Assembly: GCA_027487075.1 (NCBI GenBank)
Contig: JAIYEG010000002.1
Location: 79,202-143,201 of the forward strand
From: a bacterium
GTDB lineage: Bacteria; Patescibacteriota; Minisyncoccia; Phycocordibacterales; CALRBL01
DNA: 64,000 bases
Reading direction: 5' to 3'
The notes beneath the pieces are model-generated. The model had not been told where the DNA came from. It did no database searches and saw only the letters and a list, made by a program, of their open reading frames with translations. Below, piece after piece: positions 48,763-59,574 of this stretch. The position numbers and the translations under genes were made by a program. Within the stretch, counting starts at the first letter, position 1; the number at the start of each line of letters is the position of its first letter.

Positions 48763-49500
48763 ATGCCCGCATTCTCAATCAAAACCGAAGTATTCGAAGG
48801 ACCACTCGACGTCCTCCTTTCGCTTGTCGAAAAGCGTAAGCTCTTCATCAATGACATTTCGCTTGCAAAAGTGACTGACGACTACATTGCGTACATTCAA
48901 CATCTTCCCGAACTCCACATGCGTCACACAGCAGACTTCGTGGTGATTGCATCAACACTACTCCTCATCAAATCAAAATCTCTTCTTCCTGAACTCACCT
49001 TCACCGAAGAAGAGCAACAAAGCGTCGAAGAACTCGAGGATCGCCTCAAACAGTATCAACGTATCAAAGAACTTTCAGTACATCTTAAAAAGCGTTTTGG
49101 TAAGCACATCCTCTTTGCAGCAAAAGATCCAAAGCCTGAGGTCATCTTCTCACCCTCACCAGACATTACTCTCGGAAACATAGTCACCGCAATCAAAAAC
49201 GTACTTGCTGCACTTCCGAAAAAGGAAAAACTTCCCGAAGTCACCGTACGCAAGATACGTACCCTCGAGGAAACCATCAACGATCTTGCGAGTCGTGTGC
49301 AATCCGCACTTAAAATGAGCTTCCGCGAATTCTCAAAGCATGGGAGCGGCTTGAGTAAAGAGGAAAAGGTGAATGTTATCGTGAGCTTTCTTGCAATGCT
49401 CGAACTTGTGAAGCAGGGCATCGTGGAGGTCAATCAACACGAACTCTTTGACGACATTGCTATTGAGACACATAATGTAGGAACACCGACATATCTATGA
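48763..49500 (+). CDS. scpA: segregation and condensation protein A
   Basis: FEGPLDVLL, IKSKSLLP, FLAMLELVK. Confidence 0.94.
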   Translation: MPAFSIKTEVFEGPLDVLLSLVEKRKLFINDISLAKVTDDYIAYIQHLPELHMRHTADFVVIASTLLLIKSKSLLPELTFTEEEQQSVEELEDRLKQYQRIKELSVHLKKRFGKHILFAAKDPKPEVIFSPSPDITLGNIVTAIKNVLAALPKKEKLPEVTVRKIRTLEETINDLASRVQSALKMSFREFSKHGSGLSKEEKVNVIVSFLAMLELVKQGIVEVNQHELFDDIAIETHNVGTPTYL

Positions 49501-50051
49501 CTACGCTTTCACTTACCGCAAAAATCGAGGCTCTTCTGTTCTACAAAAATGAGAGTGTCACCATAGCGTGGCTCGCGAAAGCTCTTGGGGAAGACAAAGA
49601 AGCGATAACCACAGCACTTCGTGAGCTTGAAGCAGCTCGCGCCAACACCGGCATCGTCCTCCAGCGAAACGGGGAAGAAATTGCACTCAAAACTTCGCCA
49701 GAAGCAGCATCACTCATCGAGGCATGTGCAAAAGATGAAATTGCCAAAGAACTCACCCCATCAGCTCTCGAAACACTTTCTATCATCATGTATCGCGGAC
49801 CCTTGCCGAAAAAAGAGATCGATTACATAAGAGGGGTTAACTCCGGTTTTATTTTGCGCAATCTTCTCATTCGAGGACTCATCGAAAAACAGGACGGTGC
49901 AGGAGGAAGTGTGCTATACAAGCCAACCATGGATCTCATGTCACTTCTCGGCTTGCAATCAATCGAAGATCTTGAAGAGTACACCAAGGTTCGTGAAGAA
50001 CTTGAGCAGTTTAATAAGCAAGACACCCATGTGGAAGCAGACCGTACATAA
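49497..50051 (+). CDS. scpB: segregation and condensation protein B
   Basis: IEALLF, LETLSIIMY, IRGVNS. Confidence 0.94.
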   Translation: MTTLSLTAKIEALLFYKNESVTIAWLAKALGEDKEAITTALRELEAARANTGIVLQRNGEEIALKTSPEAASLIEACAKDEIAKELTPSALETLSIIMYRGPLPKKEIDYIRGVNSGFILRNLLIRGLIEKQDGAGGSVLYKPTMDLMSLLGLQSIEDLEEYTKVREELEQFNKQDTHVEADRT

Positions 50052-50967
50052 CAATTTTGCATACATATCTGTATGTGCAGTGCTCGCTCTTAGTACAGGC
50101 TTTATGTATATCGAGAATGCACGCTATCTTGATGCACGTACAAAAGAACAAGCATCAGCTACCGCCCTACAAAGCATGGGTCCACTTCTCAATAAAAAAC
50201 TTTTCAAAAATCTTTCCTTGGAAGCACAAGCAGTGTATGTCTACGACATCACCACAGACAGAGTGCTCTATCAAAAGAATGCTGACACTCAACTTCCGCT
50301 CGCCTCAATTACTAAAGTCATGACCGCACTTATTGCTTCAGAGCTTGCCACCGCACAAACTACATCAATCACAATTTCGCCTACTGCTATCGCATCTGAC
50401 GGAGATACGGGGCTCATCGCAGGAGAAGCATGGAATATGTCAGACCTTATTTCATTTACTCTCATCAATTCATCAAACGATGGGGCAACAGCAATTGCTG
50501 AAACGTTTCCGCGCTTTGTCGATACCATGAACACAAGAGCGAAAGATCTAGGTCTCTCATCGTTAGTATTTAATAACCCCACAGGTCTTGATATCGAAGT
50601 GGCAAGTACGAGTATAAGCGCAGGGGGATATGGATCAGCTAAGGATGTAGCTCAACTGATGGTACACATTGTCAAACACAGGCCGACCCTCCTTGAATCT
50701 ACCACTGCTACATCATCTACATTTAGGTCTACAAGCGCTTCACACACCGCCTACAATACCAATCCAATGATTGAATCATTACCAAACCTCGTAGCATCAA
50801 AAACAGGCTACACCATACTCGCTGATGGCAATCTTGCCGTTGTATTCAATCGAGGACCACAACAACCCGTCGTTGCGGTAGTCCTTGGATCTAGCTTTGA
50901 TGGTCGTTTTAGCGATATTCTTAGCCTTGCTTCGACCACCCTCAGAGCGTATAATGGTCAGCAATGA
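50029..50967 (+). CDS. D-alanyl-D-alanine carboxypeptidase (S11)
   Basis: ASITK, SSN and KTG motifs. Confidence 0.9.
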   Translation: MWKQTVHNNFAYISVCAVLALSTGFMYIENARYLDARTKEQASATALQSMGPLLNKKLFKNLSLEAQAVYVYDITTDRVLYQKNADTQLPLASITKVMTALIASELATAQTTSITISPTAIASDGDTGLIAGEAWNMSDLISFTLINSSNDGATAIAETFPRFVDTMNTRAKDLGLSSLVFNNPTGLDIEVASTSISAGGYGSAKDVAQLMVHIVKHRPTLLESTTATSSTFRSTSASHTAYNTNPMIESLPNLVASKTGYTILADGNLAVVFNRGPQQPVVAVVLGSSFDGRFSDILSLASTTLRAYNGQQ

Positions 50968-52037
50968 CCCCTCTTACCCTTAGCGTTATAAAGGTATTTG
51001 CTCCAGCTGTGGTTTCATTCTTTGTCGGTCTTGCGATTACTCCTGCGCTGAGCAAGCTTTTCTTTAAACATCGACTGTGGAAACAATCTTCTCGTACCAT
51101 CGAAAGCACGACAGCAGCAGAAGATCAGATGTCTGAAGAATTCAAAAAGATTCACAATGAAAAAGGCGAACTCTCCACTCCACGTATTGGAGGTATTATC
51201 ATTTGGCTGTCAGTGGTTATCACCATCATGATTGGATACCTCAACTCATTCTTTTTTGACAACGACATTACCACCAAACTCGACTTTCTTAGTAAAAATC
51301 AGACACTCCTTCCTTTGTTCGCACTGTTATTTGCATCCCTTATCGGCCTCGTCGATGATCTACTACAAATAAAAGGAGGTCACGGCTTTAGTGACGGCAT
51401 CTCACGAAAATATCGCATTCTCGTCGTACTCTGTATTGCCATCGTAGGAGCATGGTGGTTTTCAGTAAAGCTTGGTGTATCAAGTATTTATGTGCCATTT
51501 ATTGGTGATTGGAATATTGGTCTGTGGTTTATTCCGTTCTTTATTATCACCATGCTTGGCGTCTTTTCTGGTTCTGTCATCGATGGTATTGATGGACTTG
51601 CTGGTGGTGTCATGATTTCGGCATTCGGTTCATATATGGTGATCGCTTTTTTCAACCAGCAGATCGACCTTGCCGCATTTTCTGCAGTGATTGTTGGAGG
51701 TATTTTAGCGTTCTTATGGTTCAATATCCCACCTGCACGCTTTTACATGGGTGAGACGGGTATGCTCGGCCTTACCGTTACTCTCGCTTTGATAGCATTC
51801 CTCGCAGAACAGCCACTACTTCTTCCAATCATCGCTTTTCCTCTTTTTGTAACCTCACTTTCTTCGTCGATCCAAATGTTTTCTAAAAAATACTTCAAGA
51901 AAAAAGTATTCCGTGTTGCTCCACTCCATCACCACTTCGAAGCGCTGGGCTGGCCTTCATACAAAGTCACGATGCGTTTTTGGATTGTCTCTATTATCTT
52001 TGGTTTTATTGGCATTCTTATCGCTCTTATCGGATAA
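50964..52037 (+). CDS. mraY: phospho-MurNAc-pentapeptide transferase
   Basis: TPRIGG, DGIDGL, FYMGETG, APLHHHFE. Confidence 0.94.
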   Translation: MTPLTLSVIKVFAPAVVSFFVGLAITPALSKLFFKHRLWKQSSRTIESTTAAEDQMSEEFKKIHNEKGELSTPRIGGIIIWLSVVITIMIGYLNSFFFDNDITTKLDFLSKNQTLLPLFALLFASLIGLVDDLLQIKGGHGFSDGISRKYRILVVLCIAIVGAWWFSVKLGVSSIYVPFIGDWNIGLWFIPFFIITMLGVFSGSVIDGIDGLAGGVMISAFGSYMVIAFFNQQIDLAAFSAVIVGGILAFLWFNIPPARFYMGETGMLGLTVTLALIAFLAEQPLLLPIIAFPLFVTSLSSSIQMFSKKYFKKKVFRVAPLHHHFEALGWPSYKVTMRFWIVSIIFGFIGILIALIG

Positions 52038-52040
52038 CCT

Positions 52041-53156
52041 ATGAGTACACCCGCCCCAAAGAAAAAGGTGGATAAGCCATTTCTTCTCATTGTTATTTTG
52101 ATTGTTATTGCAGGGGTGCTCATCTTTACCTCGGCTTCACTCGGACTACTTGCACGAACTGAAGAACTGTTCAAATCGGTGATGTTTAATCAAATTGGAC
52201 TTGGGTTAGTCGGTGGACTCATTGCCATGCTTGTCATTGCATCTATCAATGTTAAGCATTTCAAACGCGCTGCGTTCCCGTTTTTTATCTTTTCGATCAT
52301 TTTACTCTTGCTGGTATTTGTTCCTCATATCGGGTTTGCTCATGGTGGAGCAAAGCGCTGGATACACGTAGGAAGTCTGTTCTCTATGCAGCCCTCTGAG
52401 ATATACAAAATTGCATTTGTTCTCTTTTTTGCACTATGGCTTTCTAAGCTCAAAGACCGAATTAAAACATTTCGCTACGGCACTACCGCATTTTGTGGGT
52501 TTACCGCTATTTCAGCACTCCTCATTCTGAGTCAACCAGACACTGCCACTTTTGGCGTGGTTACCTTTGCAGGGCTTGGTATGTACCTTGTTGCAGGAGC
52601 TCGCTGGAGGGATATTATTATTTTTATTGGGGCAGGGATCATCGGGCTTGCATTACTCGCTTTTACTCGACCGTATGTAATGCAACGTATTGAAACATTC
52701 CTCAATCCCGCACACGATGCAACAGGCTCAGGATATCAAATCCAACAATCAATGATCGCTATCGGGTCAGGGCAGGTATTTGGCAAAGGGTTTGGTCAAA
52801 GTGTACAAAAATTCAACTTTCTTCCCGAACCAATAGGAGACTCGATTTATGCAGTAGCCAGCGAGGAGTTCGGGCTCGTCGGTGCAACTATTATTATCAT
52901 CCTATATGTTGTGCTTGCACTACGTGGTTTCAAAATAGCCTCAAGAGTTCCCGACATGTTTGGTAGACTTGTCGTTGTAGGAATTGTTATACTTATCGCG
53001 TCTGGATCGTTTATAAATATTGCATCGATGCTCGGACTGATGCCTATTTCTGGAATTCCACTCATGTTCATCAGTCACGGAGGTACCGCGCTCTTTATTT
53101 CACTTGCAGGGGTTGGCATCATTCTCAGTATTTCAAAACATCAAACAACCACATGA
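52041..53156 (+). CDS. ftsW: SEDS peptidoglycan polymerase
   Basis: GAKRWI, QPSE, GYQIQQS, ISHGGT. Confidence 0.93.
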   Translation: MSTPAPKKKVDKPFLLIVILIVIAGVLIFTSASLGLLARTEELFKSVMFNQIGLGLVGGLIAMLVIASINVKHFKRAAFPFFIFSIILLLLVFVPHIGFAHGGAKRWIHVGSLFSMQPSEIYKIAFVLFFALWLSKLKDRIKTFRYGTTAFCGFTAISALLILSQPDTATFGVVTFAGLGMYLVAGARWRDIIIFIGAGIIGLALLAFTRPYVMQRIETFLNPAHDATGSGYQIQQSMIAIGSGQVFGKGFGQSVQKFNFLPEPIGDSIYAVASEEFGLVGATIIIILYVVLALRGFKIASRVPDMFGRLVVVGIVILIASGSFINIASMLGLMPISGIPLMFISHGGTALFISLAGVGIILSISKHQTTT

Positions 53157-54289
53157 AAATCGTATTTACCGGAGGGGGAACAGGAGGACATTTTTATCCG
53201 CTTATTGCGGTTGCTGAGGAGCTCGATCAGCTCGCTGCCGAGACGGGCATGCTTCCACCCGAATTTCACTTCTTTGCTCCAGAGCCATACAGCGAGAGCA
53301 CGCTTTTTGAACATCGCATTGCATTCACACAGATTCCTTCAGGAAAACTCCGACGCAATGCAGGACTTCTCGCTCCATCAAATATAGCAGGACTCCTCAA
53401 GGCTCTTAAAGGTGGCTTCATTGCGCTCTACAAGCTCTTCAGACTCTATCCCGATGTGGTATTTGCCAAAGGAGCATACGGAAGCTTTCCGACCATCTTT
53501 GCAGCACGTCTTCTCTTTATCCCCGTGGTGATCCACGAATCAGATTCAAAACCAGGTCGCGTGAACGCCTGGGGAGGGAAGTTCGCTCGCTATATCGCGG
53601 TCTCGTATCCTGATGCGGCAAAATATTTCCCTGCACACAAAGTCGCATGGGTAGGGCAGCCACTACGTCGTGAGATCATCGAACCAGCAAAAGACGGCAC
53701 TCGCGAAGCATTTGATCTTGAAGAGGGAATTCCTACCATTCTTGTGCTCGGTGGCTCACAAGGTGCCGTCATTATCAATGATGCACTCCTCGACACGCTT
53801 TCATTCCTTTTAAATGACTATCAGATCATTCACCAAACAGGTGCGGGCAATTTTGACTCCGTCAAAAATCAATCAGAGGTGACTCTTGAAAAACACCCAC
53901 ACAAACATCGCTATAAGCCATATCCCTATCTTTCAGAAGACATGATGAAAAAAGCGGCAGGAGTTGCATCACTCGTGATATCGCGTGCAGGCTCTACTAT
54001 CTTTGAAATCGCTGTGTGGGGACTTCCAAGCATCATTATCCCAATCCCTGAGCGCATCAGCCATGACCAACGCACCAATGCCTACAACTACATGAGAGCA
54101 GGGGCATGTTCGGTCATCGAAGAGCAGAACCTACGCCCTGAAATTATCCAAGCCGAAATCCATCGCATCCTCAATCATCCCGATGTTGTGGAAGAGATGA
54201 AAAAGAATGCGGGCGCATTTGCACGGCGCGATGCTGCACGCGTGATCGCTCAGGCACTTATCACCATTGCAGACGAACATAAAAAATAA
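53153..54289 (+). CDS. murG: undecaprenyl-PP-MurNAc-pentapeptide GlcNAc transferase
   Basis: GGGTGGH, GGSQG, SRAG, DQRTNA. Confidence 0.96.
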   Translation: MKIVFTGGGTGGHFYPLIAVAEELDQLAAETGMLPPEFHFFAPEPYSESTLFEHRIAFTQIPSGKLRRNAGLLAPSNIAGLLKALKGGFIALYKLFRLYPDVVFAKGAYGSFPTIFAARLLFIPVVIHESDSKPGRVNAWGGKFARYIAVSYPDAAKYFPAHKVAWVGQPLRREIIEPAKDGTREAFDLEEGIPTILVLGGSQGAVIINDALLDTLSFLLNDYQIIHQTGAGNFDSVKNQSEVTLEKHPHKHRYKPYPYLSEDMMKKAAGVASLVISRAGSTIFEIAVWGLPSIIIPIPERISHDQRTNAYNYMRAGACSVIEEQNLRPEIIQAEIHRILNHPDVVEEMKKNAGAFARRDAARVIAQALITIADEHKK

Positions 54290-54304
54290 TATCACCTCTA
54301 CAAC

Positions 54305-54526
54305 ATGAAAGCTTTTGGCGCACACATACAACCCACCCAGCAAGTCATCGATATCCAGGAAGAGAAGCAGATCGAGAAGGAAGCGCAGGGACTCGTCGAG
54401 CTTCATGACTTCATTAAAGCGCACCCTGATGCGCCCGTAAAAGAGATAGCGAAGTTTATGCCGCCGGTAGATTCTCGTGCGGTGAACAAAGCAATTCAAC
54501 TCATTGCACTGCGGGATAAAAAATAA
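54305..54526 (+). CDS. hypothetical protein
   Basis: 73-aa ORF followed by a hairpin. Confidence 0.6.
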   Translation: MKAFGAHIQPTQQVIDIQEEKQIEKEAQGLVELHDFIKAHPDAPVKEIAKFMPPVDSRAVNKAIQLIALRDKK

Positions 54527-54582
54527 CCTCCCCAGTTCCACGATGGGAAAAGGGGAGGGGTAGAGTTTGTCGAGCGCTTGTT

Positions 54583-55437
54583 TTACGTCACAACAAACTC
54601 CTGCTCGAGTTCAGGCTCAGGCAATTTCGCCAGACCAGCGCGCTGTGCCGCATCAGCATGATGATTGAGCGATTTGTCGGTTTCGCCCAGCGCGTGCGGT
54701 AAACCACGCGCAAGGGATTCGATGGCGAGGAGCATGTGCGAGACAGGCACTTCCGTCTCTGTCACCACCTGATCCGGCGTTGGTGCCGGAAACACGACCA
54801 TCATTTTCGGATCACCCTGACCGGGTAAAGCGGGAAGATAGTGGTTGCATCCACAACCGTGAAGGGGAATAGTCCCCGTATGACGGTTGATGACACTCAG
54901 GATGTGAAGATACAGCGACGTTGCGGGAGGCAACCCATGCCACACAGCGTCAATCGTCTCCCAGGGCAGCCCCTCGGGAAGATGAGGGGCGAGCTCAGGA
55001 AGACGTTCGGCCTGGTGGAGATTTGGCCTCGTCACCATGAACATGTAGCCGCCGTAGAGAGCCCACGGCAAGCGCATGCCATAAAGATCGAAGAGCTCAA
55101 GCATCGCCACTCGCATCCCGTCACGAATGCGAATTGCGACGGTGCCCGCAGTAGACGATGCGCGAAACTCATCGATCTTGAGCTCGAATGCTTTACGATC
55201 GGTCGGCATGTAGCCCTCACACAGGCGCAAGGCTGAATTCAGACACCGAACCTTGATCTTTTTTGAAACCGCAGGGTCATCCGCATACTGACTCGCCGAT
55301 ACATGATCGACGAATGCCGCGAACTTCGAAGCGATGTCGGGGCTGCCGGCATCATTCAACCTCGACACCGCAGTGCCAAGGGCATTTTTTGCATTACACA
55401 AAGTGCACATAGATACATAAGGAACACCCATTCTCAC
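54583..55437 (-). CDS. hypothetical protein (GC-richer than flanks)
   Basis: 284-aa ORF containing HGCGCNH; start uncertain. Confidence 0.6.
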   Translation of the reverse strand: MRMGVPYVSMCTLCNAKNALGTAVSRLNDAGSPDIASKFAAFVDHVSASQYADDPAVSKKIKVRCLNSALRLCEGYMPTDRKAFELKIDEFRASSTAGTVAIRIRDGMRVAMLELFDLYGMRLPWALYGGYMFMVTRPNLHQAERLPELAPHLPEGLPWETIDAVWHGLPPATSLYLHILSVINRHTGTIPLHGCGCNHYLPALPGQGDPKMMVVFPAPTPDQVVTETEVPVSHMLLAIESLARGLPHALGETDKSLNHHADAAQRAGLAKLPEPELEQEFVVT

Positions 55438-55503
55438 TGGCCATGAGAACAGTTCGTTTGTTTCAAGTTGAGCGGCCAGTTATAAATTCGGAGTAACCCG
55501 AGC

Positions 55504-56325
55504 CTAAGACTGAACGCCCAAATCGTGCTTGCGCTTCCATTCTTCTAAACGATGAATCGTTGAAGTGTGTGGTATATGCTTTTGGATATGAGAAAGCACG
55601 GCATCACACATGCTCTTATTCTTCTCCATAACATTTTCATATTCATATGTTGCAAAAGCGGGATCAAATAAGAATGCACCTATAGGATCGACAGACATGT
55701 TAACATTCGTGATATCTACACACTTATTCAGAACAACAAAAAAAGGAATTCCATATGCATCAGCAATACGCTTTGTACTTTCCATTACTGCAATACTGTT
55801 TTTTGTTTGCTCTACAACACAGATGATCGCATCGACACCTAGATACAACCCATAATTCAACATGTCAGTGCCTGCAACTGAATCGATAATCACCATTTCA
55901 TCTGAACGAAGGTGTAAGTAAGGGAGGTAAAATTTTATTGACTTTGCATATGCATGACTGCAGCGTCCGCTATACATAGTTTCTTCATCATGATCTCCAA
56001 GTACCATAAGTTGCAAATTGTCTGAAACCTTTTTAGCGTAGGTGTTCATAAAAGTATCATCGAATGTAAATGACTCTTTTTTATGAAGTGCAAGAATATC
56101 AAATGCATTTTGAGACAGATCAATACCAAAGTGGTGGTATATATCTTTTTCCGCACCCTTAAGAAAAGGGGATGAAGGCTCGATTCCAAGATTGTGCGCA
56201 AGGTCCATATTGTAATCCGCATCAATAGCCAACGTAGGTAGACCCGAACGCGCAGCATGACACGCAAAAAGCCATGAAATCGATGACTTACCGCTCCCAC
56301 CTTTTCCTACAATTGCAATTCTCAT
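55504..56325 (-). CDS. CooC/MinD-like P-loop ATPase (metal-insertion type)
   Basis: MRIAIVGKGGSGKS, IDAD, GRCSH, DSVAG. Confidence 0.8.
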   Translation of the reverse strand: MRIAIVGKGGSGKSSISWLFACHAARSGLPTLAIDADYNMDLAHNLGIEPSSPFLKGAEKDIYHHFGIDLSQNAFDILALHKKESFTFDDTFMNTYAKKVSDNLQLMVLGDHDEETMYSGRCSHAYAKSIKFYLPYLHLRSDEMVIIDSVAGTDMLNYGLYLGVDAIICVVEQTKNSIAVMESTKRIADAYGIPFFVVLNKCVDITNVNMSVDPIGAFLFDPAFATYEYENVMEKNKSMCDAVLSHIQKHIPHTSTIHRLEEWKRKHDLGVQS

Positions 56326-56327
56326 AT

Positions 56328-56391
56328 AATGCAAATTATTTGCAATAAGTATTGTAACATATAAGTTATTTAATGCAAACTATTCGCATTA
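56328..56391. promoter_or_regulatory. two palindromic operator-like boxes flanking the -10 of the CooC-like gene
   Basis: AATGCAAATTATTTGCAAT and TAATGCAAACTATTCGCATTA. Confidence 0.55.
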
Positions 56392-56467
56392 GTTTATAAA
56401 AAGGAATCCCCTCGAATCTTTGCCTTACAGCTAGGATTCGAGGGGATTGCGGAGGGAAGCAGGGAAG

Positions 56468-56809
56468 CTAGACCGACTCAGAAAGACCGAGCACCTGGTC
56501 AAAAACATCCTGGCTGAATTCCGCTCCAGCGCGCTTTTGAACGAGGGAGCGGATCTCACTGACGATACCGGCGGAATCAAGGACTCCGGCAGTCTTTTTC
56601 TTGAGCAGGTTCTGAAGATCGATCGGCTCAAGCCAATGCATCACCATGAGGGTGAGGCAGGCATGCAGTAGAGCGTATTGCTTTTCTGCACCGAACAAAC
56701 GGAGAAGGATTCCTGCGAGAGTATTCGCGGATGGTTGTTGCGGCTCCACCTTAGAAGGTGTAGCCGTAGAGCTTGCAGGACTGCTAAAAAATCTGCGCAG
56801 TATTTGCAT
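56468..56809 (-). CDS. hypothetical protein
   Basis: 113-aa ORF followed by hairpin 56405-56448. Confidence 0.5.
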   Translation of the reverse strand: MQILRRFFSSPASSTATPSKVEPQQPSANTLAGILLRLFGAEKQYALLHACLTLMVMHWLEPIDLQNLLKKKTAGVLDSAGIVSEIRSLVQKRAGAEFSQDVFDQVLGLSESV

Positions 56810-56943
56810 GCGGGTGAGTCTTTCTAAGTTTATGGTGGGAGGAACACTTCACAATCGCGTGAAGTTTCAAGGGTAAATGATACTCTATTTTAGACAAATA
56901 GTCAATCCCCACTGTGGAAAACACCCATGATATACTAGCTACT

Positions 56944-58302
56944 ATGCACACCCCTATTGTCACCAGATTTGCTCCTAGCCCCACCGGAATGCTCCATTCA
57001 GGCAACTATCGCACCGCTGTTTTTGCCTTCCTGTTTGCCAAGCACCACGGCGGCAAAATGGTCCTCCGTATCGAAGATACCGACACCGCCCGCAGCTCAA
57101 AAACCTACGAAAATAACATCCTGGAAAGCCTCCAGTGGCTCGGTATTACCCACGACGAGTTCTACCGCCAAAGCGAGCGAGGCGAGATCTACCAAAGTTA
57201 CCTCCAAAAGCTCATCGACAGCGGTCATGCATATATCTCAAACAGCGAGCTTGGTGCCGACATGGAAGGTCGTCGCGCCTCGGTGATCCGTTTCAAGAAT
57301 CCAAATAAGAAAGTGGCCTTTGATGATGTCATTCGTGGTCACATCGAATTCGACACCACAGAGCTTGGTGACTTTGTAATTGCAAAAAGCTTGACCGAGC
57401 CCATCTTTCACTTTGCAGTGGTGGTGGACGACTATCTCATGGGTATCAGCCACGTCATCCGCGGTGAAGATCATATCTCAAACACTCCTCGTCAAATTCT
57501 CATCCAAGAAGCACTTGGTGCGCCAACACCCATCTATGCACATCTTCCGCTCATTCTTTCTCCCGATCGTACCAAGCTTTCGAAGCGCAAAGGTGCAAAA
57601 GCTCTCACCGAATACCGTGACAAAGGCTACCTCAAAGAAGCAGTGCTTAACTATCTCGCTTTCCTCGGGTGGAATCCAGGTGACGATCGCGAACTTCTTT
57701 CTGAAAGTGAGCTCATCAACCTTTTCAGCTTCGAGCGCGTGCAAAAGAGCGGTGCTATTTTCGATGAAGTAAAACTCGCATGGATGAACAAGGAGTACAT
57801 CAAACGACTTCCTGAAGAAGCATGGAAAAAAGAAGTGCTCGAGCGACTTCCCGAAGACATTCTTGAACACCCACATTTTGAAGCACGCAAAGCAAAAGTA
57901 CTTCCCCTCATTATCGAGCGTATTTCAACATTTGGAGAAGTAGAAGAGATGGCAAAAAGTGGCGAGCTCAACTTTTACTTTAATGCACCAAAACTCTCGA
58001 TCGCCAACATCATGCCTCCAGAAAAAATGCGCAAGGGCAGGGAAGTGAGCGAGGACATAGTAAAGGGAATTCTCACCCATGTCGTCAGTCTTCTCGAATC
58101 AATTCCTGAACATGAATTTACCAAAGAACGAGTTAAAGAAATCGTCTTCCCGTACGCAGATCAAGAGGGAAGAGGGATGGTCTTGTGGCCTATGCGTTAT
58201 GCACTCTCGGGCAGGGACAAATCACCTGACCCCTTCGAACTTTGTGATATCCTAGGTAAAGTAGAAAGTATTAAAAGATTACACGCATGCGTCGCACACT
58301 GA
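56944..58302 (+). CDS. gltX: glutamate--tRNA ligase
   Basis: RFAPSPTG, LRIEDTD, HVIRGEDH, KLSKR. Confidence 0.96.
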   Translation: MHTPIVTRFAPSPTGMLHSGNYRTAVFAFLFAKHHGGKMVLRIEDTDTARSSKTYENNILESLQWLGITHDEFYRQSERGEIYQSYLQKLIDSGHAYISNSELGADMEGRRASVIRFKNPNKKVAFDDVIRGHIEFDTTELGDFVIAKSLTEPIFHFAVVVDDYLMGISHVIRGEDHISNTPRQILIQEALGAPTPIYAHLPLILSPDRTKLSKRKGAKALTEYRDKGYLKEAVLNYLAFLGWNPGDDRELLSESELINLFSFERVQKSGAIFDEVKLAWMNKEYIKRLPEEAWKKEVLERLPEDILEHPHFEARKAKVLPLIIERISTFGEVEEMAKSGELNFYFNAPKLSIANIMPPEKMRKGREVSEDIVKGILTHVVSLLESIPEHEFTKERVKEIVFPYADQEGRGMVLWPMRYALSGRDKSPDPFELCDILGKVESIKRLHACVAH

Positions 58303-59558
58303 TCATCATAAGCTTCATCGGCATCACCTGGCTCTCTGCCACTGCGGTACGTGCAGAGGATGCAGAGCAACTCCGTGCTCAAATCGAGCTTCGCAACAAA
58401 AATATCAAGGCGCTTGAAGAAGAGATTGCAAAATACCAGGCTGAAGCCGATAAAACTTCTGCCGCAGCACTGACTCTCGCTAATACCATCAAAACGCTCC
58501 AAGCAACAGGTAAAAAACTCGACACCGATATCAAGCTTACCCAAGAAAAAATTAAGGCAACAAATCTTAATATCCAAAAACTCTCAAACGATATCGGCGA
58601 CAAAGAACAGCGTATCAAAAAGAGTCGTGAATCAATCGGTGCCAACATTCGCCTTATCAATGAAAGTGATTTTTCATCACCCATTCACAACTTCCTTAGC
58701 AAGAAAAACATCTCGACAACGTGGGATGCGATCACGCGCATAGTAACGTTGCAAACACAACTTCGAGATCACATTCACAACCTTGATGGTACCAGGACGG
58801 CCCTCGAAGAAGACAAGCAAAAAACGATCGAAAAAAAGGATCAGCTCAGTGACTTTTCAAAGGAACTCACAGACCAAAAAAAAGTAGTCGCCGCAAACAC
58901 CGCTGAGAGAAATAATATCCTTAAAGAAACCAAAAATCAGGAAGCAGCATTTCAGGCACTCGTAAAAGATAAGCAGGCAGCAAAAGCAGCACTCGAAAAA
59001 GAGATTTTTGACTACGAGTCCAAGCTCAAATATATTCTCGATCCTTCGAGTATTCCCGTAGCTGGTTCAGCTCCATTCTCGTGGCCCCTAAAGGATGTAT
59101 TCATCACTCAACAATTTGGTAGAACGTCAGCATCAGGGCGTTTATATGCATCTGGTTCTCACAACGGAACCGATTTTCGAGCGCTCATAGGTACTGCTAT
59201 TTATGCAATGGCTGACGGTGTGGTGGCAGGCACAGGCAACACCGATCTTTCATGTCCTCGTGCATCATTTGGAAAGTGGATTTTGATGAAGCATGACAAC
59301 GGTCTTGCCGCGACCTTCGGACACCTTTCAGTGATATCGGTCCAGGACGGTCAGAAAGTAAAGCGTGGTGACATTATTGGATACTCAGGTAATACCGGCT
59401 ACTCAACTGGTCCACACCTCCATATCAGCGTGTATCCAAACGACGCCGTATCTCCACAGAGTCGTCCAAGCGCAAGTTGTGTAGGAAAGACGCTCTATAT
59501 GCCAATTTCTGCCGTGACCGCATACCTCGATCCGATGCTTTATTTCCCGAAATTATAA
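58287..59558 (+). CDS. coiled-coil plus M23 peptidase (EnvC-like)
   Basis: Signal peptide, coiled coil, HNGTD, STGPHLH. Confidence 0.9.
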   Translation: MRRTLIIISFIGITWLSATAVRAEDAEQLRAQIELRNKNIKALEEEIAKYQAEADKTSAAALTLANTIKTLQATGKKLDTDIKLTQEKIKATNLNIQKLSNDIGDKEQRIKKSRESIGANIRLINESDFSSPIHNFLSKKNISTTWDAITRIVTLQTQLRDHIHNLDGTRTALEEDKQKTIEKKDQLSDFSKELTDQKKVVAANTAERNNILKETKNQEAAFQALVKDKQAAKAALEKEIFDYESKLKYILDPSSIPVAGSAPFSWPLKDVFITQQFGRTSASGRLYASGSHNGTDFRALIGTAIYAMADGVVAGTGNTDLSCPRASFGKWILMKHDNGLAATFGHLSVISVQDGQKVKRGDIIGYSGNTGYSTGPHLHISVYPNDAVSPQSRPSASCVGKTLYMPISAVTAYLDPMLYFPKL

Positions 59559-59574
59559 AGGTATACTATTTCTT

